Shown: piece by piece, positions 1 through 10,028 of the stretch | Numbering within the stretch: the stretch's first letter is position 1 | How the letters are laid out: each line of letters starts with the position of its first letter | Virus record (IMG/VR): IMGVR_UViG_3300046001_006396 | Location: 1-64,000 of that record | From: a virus | Length of the DNA stretch: 64,000 nt | Direction: 5' to 3' (one strand) | Made by a program: the position numbers and the translations under genes | The notes under the pieces: generated by a model | What the model saw: only the letters and a program-made list of their open reading frames with translations | What the model was told of the DNA's origin: nothing | The model's database searches: none

Positions 1-1
1 A

Positions 2-886
2 GAAAATTAAATTTGTTTCTCCTGTGTAGTTAGTGTTATTCCCAAAAAATCTAACGTCCATTTCATTTGAAAATGGGTTGTCAGGTACACCATAAATTAA
101 AACACCTCCAGTAAAAACGTCCGCCTGGGTTTCAGGAGTTAAACAATAATATTCTATTAGGTATTTTATTTTTTGAGTCTCGTTTGATATAACTTTATAT
201 TCTGTTGGGTCACCAAAAGACGTTTTTTTATCAAAATTTGTTAATTGTAAAAATGCTCGTTTAGTGTTTGAAACTGGGATTTGACCCCTTTCAAAAGGTA
301 AGTGTTTTCCCGCCCTTAAAACTAATTCATTATTTTTTAATATCATATCGGCAGTATCCCTACCGTTGATTGATATATCCATTGGTTCAACAAACACACC
401 TTTATTTTGTAATGGGTTTTTATATTCACCATCACCATTTTTAATCGGAGGTAGACTTCTTGTGGAATTTTGTTTACCTGAAGCAAGTCTTGTCCTTGAG
501 GACTTTCTATCTTCAAATTCAATTGTAGTTGGTGATGAGTACGGGGCAATCATGTAAAATTTATTATTACCCGTTCTATTTCTACGATCAAAATAAAATA
601 TTAAACAATTTTCTTTTACTTTTGGTACTTGGTTTATAAAGTATGGTAGAAATGGTAAAAATATAAATGGGTCTTGATCAGACCAAGGTCCGTTTTTTTC
701 AAAAGAACCATTAGGATCAAAATTCTTTGCCGACCCGACCCTTTGGTCGTAGTTTTCATCAATTGCTATTGCTCTAATGCGACCCAACATTAATGGATCG
801 TCGGACCCTAAACATTCCCCAAAATAAAAATTTTGAGTCATTTCATACGGAAAATCTGATGGTGTTTGACTTATACTATTCGGCAT
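2..886 (-). CDS. Baseplate spike/hub protein, T4 gp5/VgrG-like N-terminal OB fold (partial, runs off the window start; absent from ORF track)
   Basis: Manual translation from ATG at 886: MPNSISQTPSDFPYEMTQNFYFGECLGSDDPLMLGRIRA...PFLPYFINQVPKVKENCLIF; resembles the gp5 OB-fold pattern G-x4-DDPLxLGRxR...P; frame stays open toward the window start. Confidence 0.6.
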   Translation of the reverse strand, partial: MPNSISQTPSDFPYEMTQNFYFGECLGSDDPLMLGRIRAIAIDENYDQRVGSAKNFDPNGSFEKNGPWSDQDPFIFLPFLPYFINQVPKVKENCLIFYFDRRNRTGNNKFYMIAPYSSPTTIEFEDRKSSRTRLASGKQNSTRSLPPIKNGDGEYKNPLQNKGVFVEPMDISINGRDTADMILKNNELVLRAGKHLPFERGQIPVSNTKRAFLQLTNFDKKTSFGDPTEYKVISNETQKIKYLIEYYCLTPETQADVFTGGVLIYGVPDNPFSNEMDVRFFGNNTNYTGETNLIF

Positions 887-1103
887 TTTTTATTCGTTTT
901 TTTAACTCCTCTAATAATTTATTATAAGTGTTTTCTGTAGAATCTAAATGATATGTTAATTTTACAATTAATTCTTTCGTCTTATTAAAGTCTTCATCTA
1001 AAAATTCTAAAGCAGACGTTAATTCTTTATTAGATGCGTTTTTATAATCTTTAAGTAACTCTAATATTTCTTCTGATTTCATATTATATAAATTTACCAA
1101 CAC
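876..1103 (-). CDS. Small hypothetical coiled-coil protein
   Basis: 75-aa ORF overlapping both neighbours in the same operon; helical, charged. Confidence 0.6.
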   Translation of the reverse strand: MLVNLYNMKSEEILELLKDYKNASNKELTSALEFLDEDFNKTKELIVKLTYHLDSTENTYNKLLEELKKRIKNAE

Positions 1104-3021
1104 CCTTAGCTGGAATAGTACCTCCAGGTGTCACACTTAATGGTGGTATATAAACTTGAACTTTACCGTTTTCCGCAATTTCTTGGTTTTGACCTTTAAT
1201 AACTGAAGACATTGCAAAATTCATTAGATTAGGAGAACCATCACCATTATCACCTGTGGGTAATCCTAATTTTTGTAGATTTAAAATGGTATTTGCAATT
1301 GCTCTAGTATCTGAAACCCCACCTAATAAGTCACTAGCAGCTAAGGCAAATAAAGGTAACCCAACATTTAAGTTTGACAACCCTAAGTTTAAGAGTTTTA
1401 ATATTTCATCAATCACACTTTTACAATTTCTAAAATCAATAAATGCGTTAACCAATTGGGTTAGGATGTATATTATTGTGGCATACATTCTAAGTCTTTT
1501 TGTTTTTGCTTCATTAATAATATCTAAAAGTAAACTTTCAACAAGGAGTTTTATATTCTTTTTTATTATATTAAAAATCTCCTCAATAAATATTGAAAAT
1601 ATTCTTCTCATAAAATTAACAACAAATTTTTTAAAGGTTTTCATAAACTCAGTTAAATTAGTATATGCTAAAGTAATGTTACTAGATATAGATTTTACCA
1701 TAACTAAAAATCCAAACATAACTTTTGGTGAAAGAATTGATTTAACTAAAATGGATGGTAGGTTTTTTATCAACTCTGTTAAAAGTGCCCCATCAATTTT
1801 AACCTCAGGGGAAATAAGAGATTTCCATTTTGGGTCATTTGAAAGGTTATTTATACCGTCCAATAAAGATTTTATTTTTTTCTCCTTTGAATTTTCATTT
1901 ATTATTTCATTTAATATGTTTGCAGTTGCGTTAGGGTTAACTGGTAAGTTCACATTATTACAATCCTCAAACGTTACTAACCCATTTACTGTTAAATCTA
2001 CTTTATTTTCAATAATTCTAAGTTCTTGGTTTGTAACATCAAAAAACGAATCATCAATAATCTCAACATCAGGAACCTTAGCGTTACCTCCAACATCAAT
2101 TCGTTTTGTTGGGTCAAAACATAATCCCATTATTCTTAATAGTATTCTAAAAAACTTTTCGTTTTGTGTTAACTCTTCTTTTGATGACCCCAAAGAAAAA
2201 CTAAGGGCTCCCGTCAAAAAATTTAACAAATTAGTTCCAATATCTTCAATATTAAAAAGTTCAATTGATGTAAAATAGTCATATAAAAATGTAGTAATAG
2301 AAATACCACCATTAGATTGTGTTGACATTGTCACTTTAAAAAAATCACCTACCTGATTTGCCCCTAAAGAATCAACATATGATTGTACATATTGAACGTC
2401 AAATAATTCTCTTCCTGACGACCCAATGTATTTTTGACCGTATTCTTGTAAAAATGATTGTGAGGATTGTAATCTTTTAAAAAGTTCTCTATTCATTGAG
2501 TACGGTATAGTCCCATTTTGTGTTTCTTTTTTTTCGTAAAAAAACTTAGAGAACCCCCCGTCAGGACCATCTTTTAAGATATTAAAAAGGTCGGTTTGAT
2601 TGACCTTGATGTAAATCGGTACATTTGTTGGATAGTTTTGTTCCTCAGAACATCCGATACTTGATACCATCTCTTCAATAAGGATGTCCAGTATTCTTAC
2701 TTTTGTGTTTTCACAAGCCTCAATAAAAATTTTAGACAAAGTACTTGACCCATTTGATGGTCCTAAATCGGGTAATACTTGTTTATAGATTTCTAATAAT
2801 TCCTCTAATTGATTTTTTGCGTTAGTTTTAAGATCATTTAATTTTTCCTTACCTTTTGACTTTAATTCATTAAGTTGTTTTTTTTGGTCTTCTTTTTTTT
2901 GATTAAAGTTATCTAAGGCGTCTTGTTTTTTTTTAAGTGCCTCTTGTTTTTTAAGGTCCTTAACTGTTTTATATGCAGCAACCTTATCCTTAGCTTCTTG
3001 ATAATCTTTTTTTCTTGACAT
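1084..3021 (-). CDS. Hypothetical phage protein (N-terminal coiled coil), possibly virion/baseplate associated
   Basis: 645-aa ORF; K/E/Q-rich N-terminus; just upstream of the gp5-like gene. Confidence 0.6.
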   Translation of the reverse strand: MSRKKDYQEAKDKVAAYKTVKDLKKQEALKKKQDALDNFNQKKEDQKKQLNELKSKGKEKLNDLKTNAKNQLEELLEIYKQVLPDLGPSNGSSTLSKIFIEACENTKVRILDILIEEMVSSIGCSEEQNYPTNVPIYIKVNQTDLFNILKDGPDGGFSKFFYEKKETQNGTIPYSMNRELFKRLQSSQSFLQEYGQKYIGSSGRELFDVQYVQSYVDSLGANQVGDFFKVTMSTQSNGGISITTFLYDYFTSIELFNIEDIGTNLLNFLTGALSFSLGSSKEELTQNEKFFRILLRIMGLCFDPTKRIDVGGNAKVPDVEIIDDSFFDVTNQELRIIENKVDLTVNGLVTFEDCNNVNLPVNPNATANILNEIINENSKEKKIKSLLDGINNLSNDPKWKSLISPEVKIDGALLTELIKNLPSILVKSILSPKVMFGFLVMVKSISSNITLAYTNLTEFMKTFKKFVVNFMRRIFSIFIEEIFNIIKKNIKLLVESLLLDIINEAKTKRLRMYATIIYILTQLVNAFIDFRNCKSVIDEILKLLNLGLSNLNVGLPLFALAASDLLGGVSDTRAIANTILNLQKLGLPTGDNGDGSPNLMNFAMSSVIKGQNQEIAENGKVQVYIPPLSVTPGGTIPAKGVGKFI

Positions 3022-3022
3022 A

Positions 3023-3394
3023 TTAATCTAAGCTATATTTTTGATTATTACTATTATCTACGTCCTTTTTAATTAAATTTTGTAAAACGTCATCGTCCAT
3101 ATCTGAAAGACTGAAAGACTCCTCCTTAGAGTTGTTTGATTTTTCCCAAATGGTTGATTGTAGTTTAGATAGAGTTAATTTTTTTTCTATGGTGTCATTA
3201 ATTATTTTTTGTTGTTCCTTAATTACAGGACCAATTAATGTCATATCCTCAGGGTCTTTTAACAGAGCTAACATTTTATTTTGGATTCTTATAGCGGTAG
3301 ACCTTTGCTCAACAAGTTCATTATAAATTTCTTGCATTAATGCAAGAACAGAATCTTTATTTAACGATATTTCTTTCTTTCTTTGTCTGTTCAT
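3023..3394 (-). CDS. Hypothetical helical protein
   Basis: 123-aa ORF preceded by TATTTATA motif. Confidence 0.65.
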   Translation of the reverse strand: MNRQRKKEISLNKDSVLALMQEIYNELVEQRSTAIRIQNKMLALLKDPEDMTLIGPVIKEQQKIINDTIEKKLTLSKLQSTIWEKSNNSKEESFSLSDMDDDVLQNLIKKDVDNSNNQKYSLD

Positions 3395-3397
3395 AAC

Positions 3398-3405
3398 TAT
3401 AAATA
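3398..3405 (-). promoter_or_regulatory. TATTTATA putative phage late promoter
   Basis: Motif a few nt upstream of ATG at 3394; recurs upstream of many genes. Confidence 0.5.
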
Positions 3406-3420
3406 TTTTTTTTTTGGTTT

Positions 3421-4167
3421 TTATTCGTTATGAATTCTTTTTAATGTTTCTAAATAAAGAATTTTAAATTTTTTTAAATATATTCTTATCTCTTTAGTGT
3501 TTAAGTTAGTCATCTCTCTTAAAGAGAGTAATACAATATTTTTATTAAATTTATTATTGTCATTACCAATAAAAATATTACCATAGTTATCAAAAAGTTC
3601 AATTAACGCATGACCAAGTTTAAGTTCATTTTCGTTTTCAACTTTATTTGAAACGTGATTCCTTAAATCTTTTAAAAAAATCTCTATTATTTTCTCGGCA
3701 TCAAGTTTTTCAAATTCTAAATAATAAACCATATCTGGTCTATTTTCCAAAGTTACTGATATGTCTTCGTACGATACTTTTCTATTCATATCTTTTTGGT
3801 CTTTTTGTATTTGACCCATAAGATAATTTTTACAAATAGTACCAAAATAAGAATAGGCCTTCTTGTTTTTAGCCGGCTTAAACTTATCTACTTTAGTCAT
3901 TAAAAAAGAATGGGTATCGGAATGATTATCCTCAAAGGCCATATCCTTTCTATATAATTTATACCTTCTGATAATGGACTCAATCATTTTGTTTAATGGT
4001 TCCCTTAGATATTCATTATATATTACGTCTTTTTCTTCTTTGGTTTCTGCGGTTATATATAATTTAACCGCTTCTTCCTCACGAGTATCAAAATAATTAG
4101 CTTTTTTTGGTTTACTCGTCTTATTTAATTCACTTTGTTCGTTTTCATTTTGGTCAATAACTACCAT
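3421..4167 (-). CDS. Phage RNA polymerase sigma factor, T4 gp55-like (sigma region 2)
   Basis: DKFKPAKNKKAYSYFGTICKNYL resembles sigma70 region 2 / gp55 KFDPxK...AYFTxI..N; N-terminal NYF motif. Confidence 0.6.
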   Translation of the reverse strand: MVVIDQNENEQSELNKTSKPKKANYFDTREEEAVKLYITAETKEEKDVIYNEYLREPLNKMIESIIRRYKLYRKDMAFEDNHSDTHSFLMTKVDKFKPAKNKKAYSYFGTICKNYLMGQIQKDQKDMNRKVSYEDISVTLENRPDMVYYLEFEKLDAEKIIEIFLKDLRNHVSNKVENENELKLGHALIELFDNYGNIFIGNDNNKFNKNIVLLSLREMTNLNTKEIRIYLKKFKILYLETLKRIHNE

Positions 4168-4985
4168 TAAACTTCTGATGGTTCATACTTTATGTTTCTA
4201 TCAGAGGTAAAAAAATGTTCTTTTTTTGCCGTCTCCAACCAAAACGAAACCTCATTATCACTTACCTTTTCATCACCAAATTTATAATCCCAAAAAATTG
4301 ACCCTTCTCTCATATTCATGTGTTTATACCCAATTCTTGGAATCGTCATAATTTTAGATGAATTATAAGTTAACCTTAATAAAAATTCGTACACAAAAGT
4401 TAATTTAAATGATGGTTTAAACCCACCACAATCTTCAAAAAGGGATTTCCTAACAACCATTCCACTTGATTGGAAATTTTGGTAATTACTTAACAATTCA
4501 TTTGTTAAAATTCCCATCTCAGAATTCATACTAACAGCAAACGTTGCCTCATTTGTGAATCCAGCAAATACCCCTTTCTCATCCGTATCAACAACCAAAG
4601 GTAAAAACCCATCGTAATCGGAATATGAGTCAACATATCTCTTTACATTTTTAAACCAAATTGCTGAGTACTCATCATCAAATTCTAAAAATGATACCCA
4701 CTTACTTTTTGCACTTTTAACTCCCAAATTAACTTGAGATGCAAAATCAATATCACCTTCGTTTTCAACTTTAATGACATTCAACCCTTCAAAATCAAAA
4801 GAGGATAATTTATTTTTAAGTGTTTCATCTTTTGAATGAACAATTATTAATTCATTAACATTCACTGATTGGTTTTTTAATGACTTAATTGATCTTTCAA
4901 ATAAGTCATCAAAGTCTTTACTAAATGAAGTATTAATCGGTAAAATTACCGACACGTCAAACATATCTTTCTCTTCCATATTCAT
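4167..4985 (-). CDS. Glycosyltransferase family 2 (GT-A)
   Basis: VSVILPI...ELIIV...NLGVKSAKSKWVSFLEFDDEY...GGFK: GT2 pattern with DxD-like motif. Confidence 0.8.
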   Translation of the reverse strand: MNMEEKDMFDVSVILPINTSFSKDFDDLFERSIKSLKNQSVNVNELIIVHSKDETLKNKLSSFDFEGLNVIKVENEGDIDFASQVNLGVKSAKSKWVSFLEFDDEYSAIWFKNVKRYVDSYSDYDGFLPLVVDTDEKGVFAGFTNEATFAVSMNSEMGILTNELLSNYQNFQSSGMVVRKSLFEDCGGFKPSFKLTFVYEFLLRLTYNSSKIMTIPRIGYKHMNMREGSIFWDYKFGDEKVSDNEVSFWLETAKKEHFFTSDRNIKYEPSEV

Positions 4986-4986
4986 A

Positions 4987-6051
4987 TTATTTTTCTTCTG
5001 TTACTTTTATTTTTTCTAATTGTTCTGAGAACAAATTTTTTCTTTTTGTAAAATAATCATCAAATAAATTAACTAAATTGTTTTTAAAGTTAATTTCATT
5101 TTTAAACTCAACTGTCATTTTTTCCATACTTGAGTAAAGGTCTTCTGAGATACCATCCTCTAACCAACTTTGTGTGTAGTTAGCAATGATGTCAACAATC
5201 TCATTAAAATGGTAAGTCCAAATACCATTCTCTTCTGATAACCATTCAGGTTTAAGTGAAGGTACCTTACCGATTACTGGGGTTCCTGAAACCATAGACT
5301 CAATAGGGAAAGTACCAAACCCTGACTCATTATCAACCCAAACAGAAACAAAAGATTCTCTTAAAAATTTTGCAAAATCTTTTTGTGTAATCCCTCTCAT
5401 ATCTCTAAATGTAATCCATCTATATTGTGGATATTTTAAATAGAAGGTCTTAATTATTTTTGCAGTGTCTCTAGGTTCTCTAGTGTGAATCGCAATAATT
5501 GGTTTAGATGGTTTATCTTTTTTAAAGAACTCCTCAGGAATGTTTGGTGTTAATACATCAGTACTAACATTTTTCATAATGTCGTTAATGTATTTTTTTT
5601 GTGTTTCAGTTGTGGTAATACATTTATAGAATCCATATTGTTGCCAATTAACTCCAGGAGGTAGTGTTTCTAACATGTGGTCATATGCTTGACATAAAAC
5701 AATTTTACCACAAACAAAGGTTTTAATCTGTTCCATGACGTGACCATATATTTCAGGAATCACAATAAAATCTTCAGGAGATATTGCAAGGTTTTGCCCT
5801 TCAATTACCTGATGAGGTAACTCCATATATTCTTCACCCAACCATTCCCCAACACCTTTATATTCGGCAGTTTCATGAATAATTATAGGATTATAACCTG
5901 AATTTTTTAAAGTTAACGCCATATCGTAGATATGTCTAATACTTGCCATTGGGTTACCTTTAGTGTCTTGGACTAAAAAGTAAATTCTAGCATTTTTTTC
6001 CTCTAATGTTTTAATTGAGGATTCAATTTTTTCAATTTTGTCTACTTCCAT
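4987..6051 (-). CDS. GT-B (GT4-like) glycosyltransferase
   Basis: ESGFGTFPIESMVSGTPVIG matches the GT4 E-x-FG-x3-E-A/S-M-x-x-G-x-PVI motif. Confidence 0.8.
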   Translation of the reverse strand: MEVDKIEKIESSIKTLEEKNARIYFLVQDTKGNPMASIRHIYDMALTLKNSGYNPIIIHETAEYKGVGEWLGEEYMELPHQVIEGQNLAISPEDFIVIPEIYGHVMEQIKTFVCGKIVLCQAYDHMLETLPPGVNWQQYGFYKCITTTETQKKYINDIMKNVSTDVLTPNIPEEFFKKDKPSKPIIAIHTREPRDTAKIIKTFYLKYPQYRWITFRDMRGITQKDFAKFLRESFVSVWVDNESGFGTFPIESMVSGTPVIGKVPSLKPEWLSEENGIWTYHFNEIVDIIANYTQSWLEDGISEDLYSSMEKMTVEFKNEINFKNNLVNLFDDYFTKRKNLFSEQLEKIKVTEEK

Positions 6052-6052
6052 T

Positions 6053-6334
6053 TTATAGATTTTTTAGTATATTGTTTATTAATAGTGTATTAAATGCAAA
6101 TTTAAATGGTATTGTTAAATTTTTTGATCCATGAATACCTAAATTTTCATCAACTTCTTCTCGTTCAGTTAAAAGAACCTCAATAAGGCTTTTAATTATT
6201 TCATATTTTGTGACACTAATTTGTGGTTCTGTTGATCCACTATCGGTAAAAGTTAAAAAAGACGAATCTAAAGTAGTTGTCTTTTCTATCTCATTAATGT
6301 CTATGTACCAGTTCTCTCCTAAAAATTTTAACAT
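6053..6334 (-). CDS. Hypothetical protein
   Basis: 93-aa ORF in a coupled operon. Confidence 0.6.
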   Translation of the reverse strand: MLKFLGENWYIDINEIEKTTTLDSSFLTFTDSGSTEPQISVTKYEIIKSLIEVLLTEREEVDENLGIHGSKNLTIPFKFAFNTLLINNILKNL

Positions 6335-6978
6335 TGTTTAAGCTTTTCAATTATTAAATCAAACTGCTTTAACGATTCAATTTCATATTCACAGTCAATT
6401 TGATTATTATACTGTGTTATATATTTAACAACAGTTTTATCTTTTGGTTTATTTGTAATTAAGTTTGGGTTTGAGGTTAATAGGATATCAACCTCGTTCC
6501 ACATCGTATTTAAGGTTGAATTTGAATAAAATTTTATTTTTTCTATCTGGCATCCAAATTTAGATAGAAAAAATAGTGATGATGGTTTTGATTTACCCAT
6601 TTCATCTGAGACTATAAGTAGTTCGTTAGTTTCTCTATATTTTAAATATATTTCATTTAAATCGTTAAATGAAAAAGTTTCTGTTGATCCGGCGTGACCA
6701 AAAATTTGCATAGCAAAATCTTCATACATAAAAGAATATAACTCATCCTCATCCTTAAACCTAAAATGATTCATTAAATCCAATGACGTTACATCACTTA
6801 ATATTTCATATTCAAATACTTCAGAAGAAATTATTTCTTTAGTATTACCTGAGATATCAACATCAAAAGTTTTTGAGTACTCGGAATTTTCATCTATCAT
6901 ATGTTTTTCATACAACTGAGTAAATTTACCAATAGTGTCTCTTAAAACCCCATTAATTTCAATCCCTATTCTCTTCAT
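6328..6978 (-). CDS. HAD-fold 5'(3')-nucleotidase-like protein, degenerate motif I
   Basis: RIGIEINGVLRD (cf. IxxDxDGVL) and C-terminal YN pattern. Confidence 0.55.
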   Translation of the reverse strand: MKRIGIEINGVLRDTIGKFTQLYEKHMIDENSEYSKTFDVDISGNTKEIISSEVFEYEILSDVTSLDLMNHFRFKDEDELYSFMYEDFAMQIFGHAGSTETFSFNDLNEIYLKYRETNELLIVSDEMGKSKPSSLFFLSKFGCQIEKIKFYSNSTLNTMWNEVDILLTSNPNLITNKPKDKTVVKYITQYNNQIDCEYEIESLKQFDLIIEKLKQC

Positions 6979-7696
6979 ATTTTTTTAATATTTTACTTAT
7001 CAAAGGATTTCTAACAACATCACCATCACCAAATTCAAAAACCCCAACATCATGAACGTCTTTAAACTTTTGAATGGCGTCATAAAGTCCCGAATGTTTT
7101 TTATCTTTGTATCGGTCAGTTTGTTCAATATCTCCCGATATAAAGAATTTACTATTAAACCCAATTCTTGTCAATAGTAATTTCATTTGATTTGGGCTTG
7201 AATTCTGAGCTTCTTCAAATATAAGAATGGTGTTGTCAATATTCATCCCTCTCATGTATGCTAAAGCAAATACTTCAATAATTTCCGCATCTTTTAATCT
7301 TTCACGAGCATCTTTACCGATAATTTTATTAAGTAAGTAATAAGATGGGAAGATATACGGGTCCAATTTTTCCTCAAGGTTTCCTGGTAGTGATCCGAGT
7401 TTTTCTTCGGCCTCAACTGCCGGTCTAACAATAACCAATTTTTCATAATGGTTATTTTGATCCATTAACAAATCTACAGCGGCCTTCATTGCAATATAAG
7501 ATTTACCAACACCTGCAGGTCCTGAACAAATAGTGATTTGATTGTTTCTAAGTAAATTATAATACTCTTCTTGATTTTCAGTTAAAAACTTGTTTTTTTG
7601 TTTTTTCTTAATAATTGAATTTATAAAATCTTTTTTTGAAAATGGTTTTGACTCTTGGTCATCATTTTGCGTTTGGATTGGTTTTTTTCTTGTCAT
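6959..7696 (-). CDS. phoH: PhoH-family ATPase
   Basis: GPAGVGKS Walker A, RPAVE, LGSLPG, YMRG, EEAQN, LTRIG, GDIEQTD, VVRNP. Confidence 0.95.
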   Translation of the reverse strand: MTRKKPIQTQNDDQESKPFSKKDFINSIIKKKQKNKFLTENQEEYYNLLRNNQITICSGPAGVGKSYIAMKAAVDLLMDQNNHYEKLVIVRPAVEAEEKLGSLPGNLEEKLDPYIFPSYYLLNKIIGKDARERLKDAEIIEVFALAYMRGMNIDNTILIFEEAQNSSPNQMKLLLTRIGFNSKFFISGDIEQTDRYKDKKHSGLYDAIQKFKDVHDVGVFEFGDGDVVRNPLISKILKKYEENRD

Positions 7697-7698
7697 AC

Positions 7699-8145
7699 TT
7701 AATTAGTAACAAATCTTTTTTTATATTCAATATTATAAATTTTATTTCTTAAATTACTCGTTGAGTAGTCATGGTCTCTTTTGTTGTATATTATTTTAAT
7801 GTCTCTTTTTTGACAAATGTCTTTTGCTGTGAAATTTTCACTTTTATAATCCTCCCCAATAATTCTAACGTCTAAATCTAATGAACTAAAAATCTCAATC
7901 AATTCTTTTTCTGTGTTATATGGTATGATTTTATCTACATATTTAACCGCATCCAACTGAATGTATCTTGCGACTATGGATTGTACGGGTTTGTTTTTTT
8001 CTGGTCTATCAATAGTGGGGTCATTTTGTATTGCACAAATTAAGTAATCACAATATTTTTTACATTCTTCTAACATAATAATGTGACCAGTATGTAGTAA
8101 ATCAAAAGTACTACATGTTATACCAACAATTTTTTTATTACTCAT
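7699..8145 (-). CDS. tagD: Glycerol-3-phosphate cytidylyltransferase-like (TagD/RfaE-type nucleotidyltransferase)
   Basis: TFDLLHTGH (HxGH), IGEDY, RDHDYSTS. Confidence 0.8.
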   Translation of the reverse strand: MSNKKIVGITCSTFDLLHTGHIIMLEECKKYCDYLICAIQNDPTIDRPEKNKPVQSIVARYIQLDAVKYVDKIIPYNTEKELIEIFSSLDLDVRIIGEDYKSENFTAKDICQKRDIKIIYNKRDHDYSTSNLRNKIYNIEYKKRFVTN

Positions 8146-8146
8146 A

Positions 8147-9061
8147 TTATTTTCTTATAACATTATAGTTTTTTTCAAAATATTCAATAGTTTCTTTTAA
8201 TCCGTCATATAGTGGTGTAAATTTAAAATCGGGTAGATAATGTTTAATCTTACTATTATCACTTGGTTTTCTAAACTGTCCGTCAGGTTTTGAATTATTC
8301 CACTTGACTTCACCTTTAAAATTCATTAATTCAACAATAACATCTGTAATATCTTTTATTGAAATTTCTTCTGATGTTGATAATATTATTGGTTCGTTTT
8401 CATTATAGTTATCTAAAACCCATTCCGTTAGTTTCGCCACGTCTCTACTAAAAATAAATTCTCTTAATGGTTTACCTGTCCCCCATATTTCAAAATCGGT
8501 TTTATTTTCTCTTGCTAAGTAACATTTATGAATTAAAGAAGGTATTACGTGACCATTAACAATATCATAATTATCATTAGGTCCATAAATATTTGTTGGT
8601 ATGACCGATTTATAATTTAATCCATATTCTTCTTTATATGCTCGAATTTGAACGTCAGCCATCCTTTTTGCATATGCGTAAGCGTCGTTTGAAAAATGAG
8701 GAGGACCAAGATGTATTTTTGATTCTGTAAGTGGGTATTCTACGTCATTTGGAAAAATACATGTCGATAAAAACGATACTAAATTTTTTATTCCGTGTAC
8801 TCTGGCGGATTCAATAACATTTGTATTCATCATTATGTTATCATAAAAAAATTGACCTTTGTTATTCATATTACCCCCAAGACCACCAACTTTACCCGCA
8901 CAATGAATTATACTACTAAACTCAATAGTTTCTAATACCTTATCCACATCTTCTCGTATTCTTAGGTCCGATTCATTTGAGGATAGGGGTATAAAGTTAG
9001 GTTTACTAAACTCTGAACCAACAAGACCGTAACCTCCCGTAACTAGTATTTTATTTTCCAT
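8147..9061 (-). CDS. fcl: GDP-L-fucose synthase / GDP-colitose synthase (Fcl/WcaG/ColC family)
   Basis: LVTGGYGLVG, AGKVGG, STCIFP, YAYAKR, PTNIYGPNDN, HVIPSLI, WGTGKPLREF, PDGQFRK. Confidence 0.9.
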   Translation of the reverse strand: MENKILVTGGYGLVGSEFSKPNFIPLSSNESDLRIREDVDKVLETIEFSSIIHCAGKVGGLGGNMNNKGQFFYDNIMMNTNVIESARVHGIKNLVSFLSTCIFPNDVEYPLTESKIHLGPPHFSNDAYAYAKRMADVQIRAYKEEYGLNYKSVIPTNIYGPNDNYDIVNGHVIPSLIHKCYLARENKTDFEIWGTGKPLREFIFSRDVAKLTEWVLDNYNENEPIILSTSEEISIKDITDVIVELMNFKGEVKWNNSKPDGQFRKPSDNSKIKHYLPDFKFTPLYDGLKETIEYFEKNYNVIRK

Positions 9062-10028
9062 AATATTCTAACCAGTATTGAATCATTTCATCTAACATCG
9101 TTTCAAATGTGTACTTTGGTTTCCAATTTAATTCATTTGTAAGTTTAGACGAATCTCCTTTTAAATTTTCCAATTCTTCGGGTCTAAAATGTTTTTCATC
9201 AACAATAACATAATTTCTAAAATCTAAACCCAATTTAGAAAAAGTATATTCACATAGGTCTTTTACTGAATGAGATATCCCTGTTGCACACACATAATCA
9301 TCTGGTTTTTCTGACTGTAACATTAACCACATTGCTTCCACATAATCTTTTGCGTGACCCCAATCCCTTGTTGCGTCAAGGTTACCTAAATGTAAATTAT
9401 CCTGTAACCCTAAACTAATTCTAACCGCAGCTTTTACGACTTTATTAGTTACAAAGTTAGTTCCTCGTCTTGGAGATTCATGATTAAATAATATACCATT
9501 CCATATTTTCATTCCATATGAGTTCCTATAGTTTCTACAAATGTTATATGAAAATACTTTTGCACATCCGTATGGAGATACTGGACTCATAGGGGTGGTT
9601 TCTCTTTGGTACCCATCACTATCTATGTTATTACCAAACATTTCTGACGATGATGCTTGATATATTTTTGAATGCGGGGATACCATTCTAACAGCCTCCA
9701 ATAAATTTAATGTCCCCATCCCTGTTGCGTTTACTGTATATATTGGTTGGTCAAAGCTAACCCTTACGTGAGATTGTGCCGCTAAATTATATACTTCATC
9801 TGGTTGTGATTTTTGTAATACACTAATTAAAGACGCCATATCTGTAAGATCGGAATATTCTAATTTAACTTTATTACCTAATCTTAATTTTTCTATTCTA
9901 GATGATTGAGTTTCCGATACTGAATTTCTTTTAACCGTACCCCAAACTTCATACCCTTTATCAACCAAAAATTCTGCAAGATAAGAACCGTCTTGACCAT
10001 TTATTCCTGTTATAAGTGCCTTTTTCAT
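9051..10028 (-). CDS. gmd: GDP-mannose 4,6-dehydratase
   Basis: ALITGINGQDGSYLAE, YNLAAQSHV, YQASSSEMFG, SPYGCAK, FNHESPRRG, GNLDATRDWGHAKDY. Confidence 0.97.
   Translation of the reverse strand: MKKALITGINGQDGSYLAEFLVDKGYEVWGTVKRNSVSETQSSRIEKLRLGNKVKLEYSDLTDMASLISVLQKSQPDEVYNLAAQSHVRVSFDQPIYTVNATGMGTLNLLEAVRMVSPHSKIYQASSSEMFGNNIDSDGYQRETTPMSPVSPYGCAKVFSYNICRNYRNSYGMKIWNGILFNHESPRRGTNFVTNKVVKAAVRISLGLQDNLHLGNLDATRDWGHAKDYVEAMWLMLQSEKPDDYVCATGISHSVKDLCEYTFSKLGLDFRNYVIVDEKHFRPEELENLKGDSSKLTNELNWKPKYTFETMLDEMIQYWLEYYGK

Noticed and set aside
343-557. Two short ORFs listed at 343-549 and 366-557
   Set aside because: Both lie inside the gp5-like gene that starts at 886 and runs off the window
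1256-2278. 340-aa plus-strand ORF and the many other antisense ORFs in the track (e.g. 10839, 15363, 30026, 38963, 47882, 51424, 63314)
   Set aside because: They lie wholly opposite longer, better-supported genes and have the F/S/L/I-rich composition of antisense shadows
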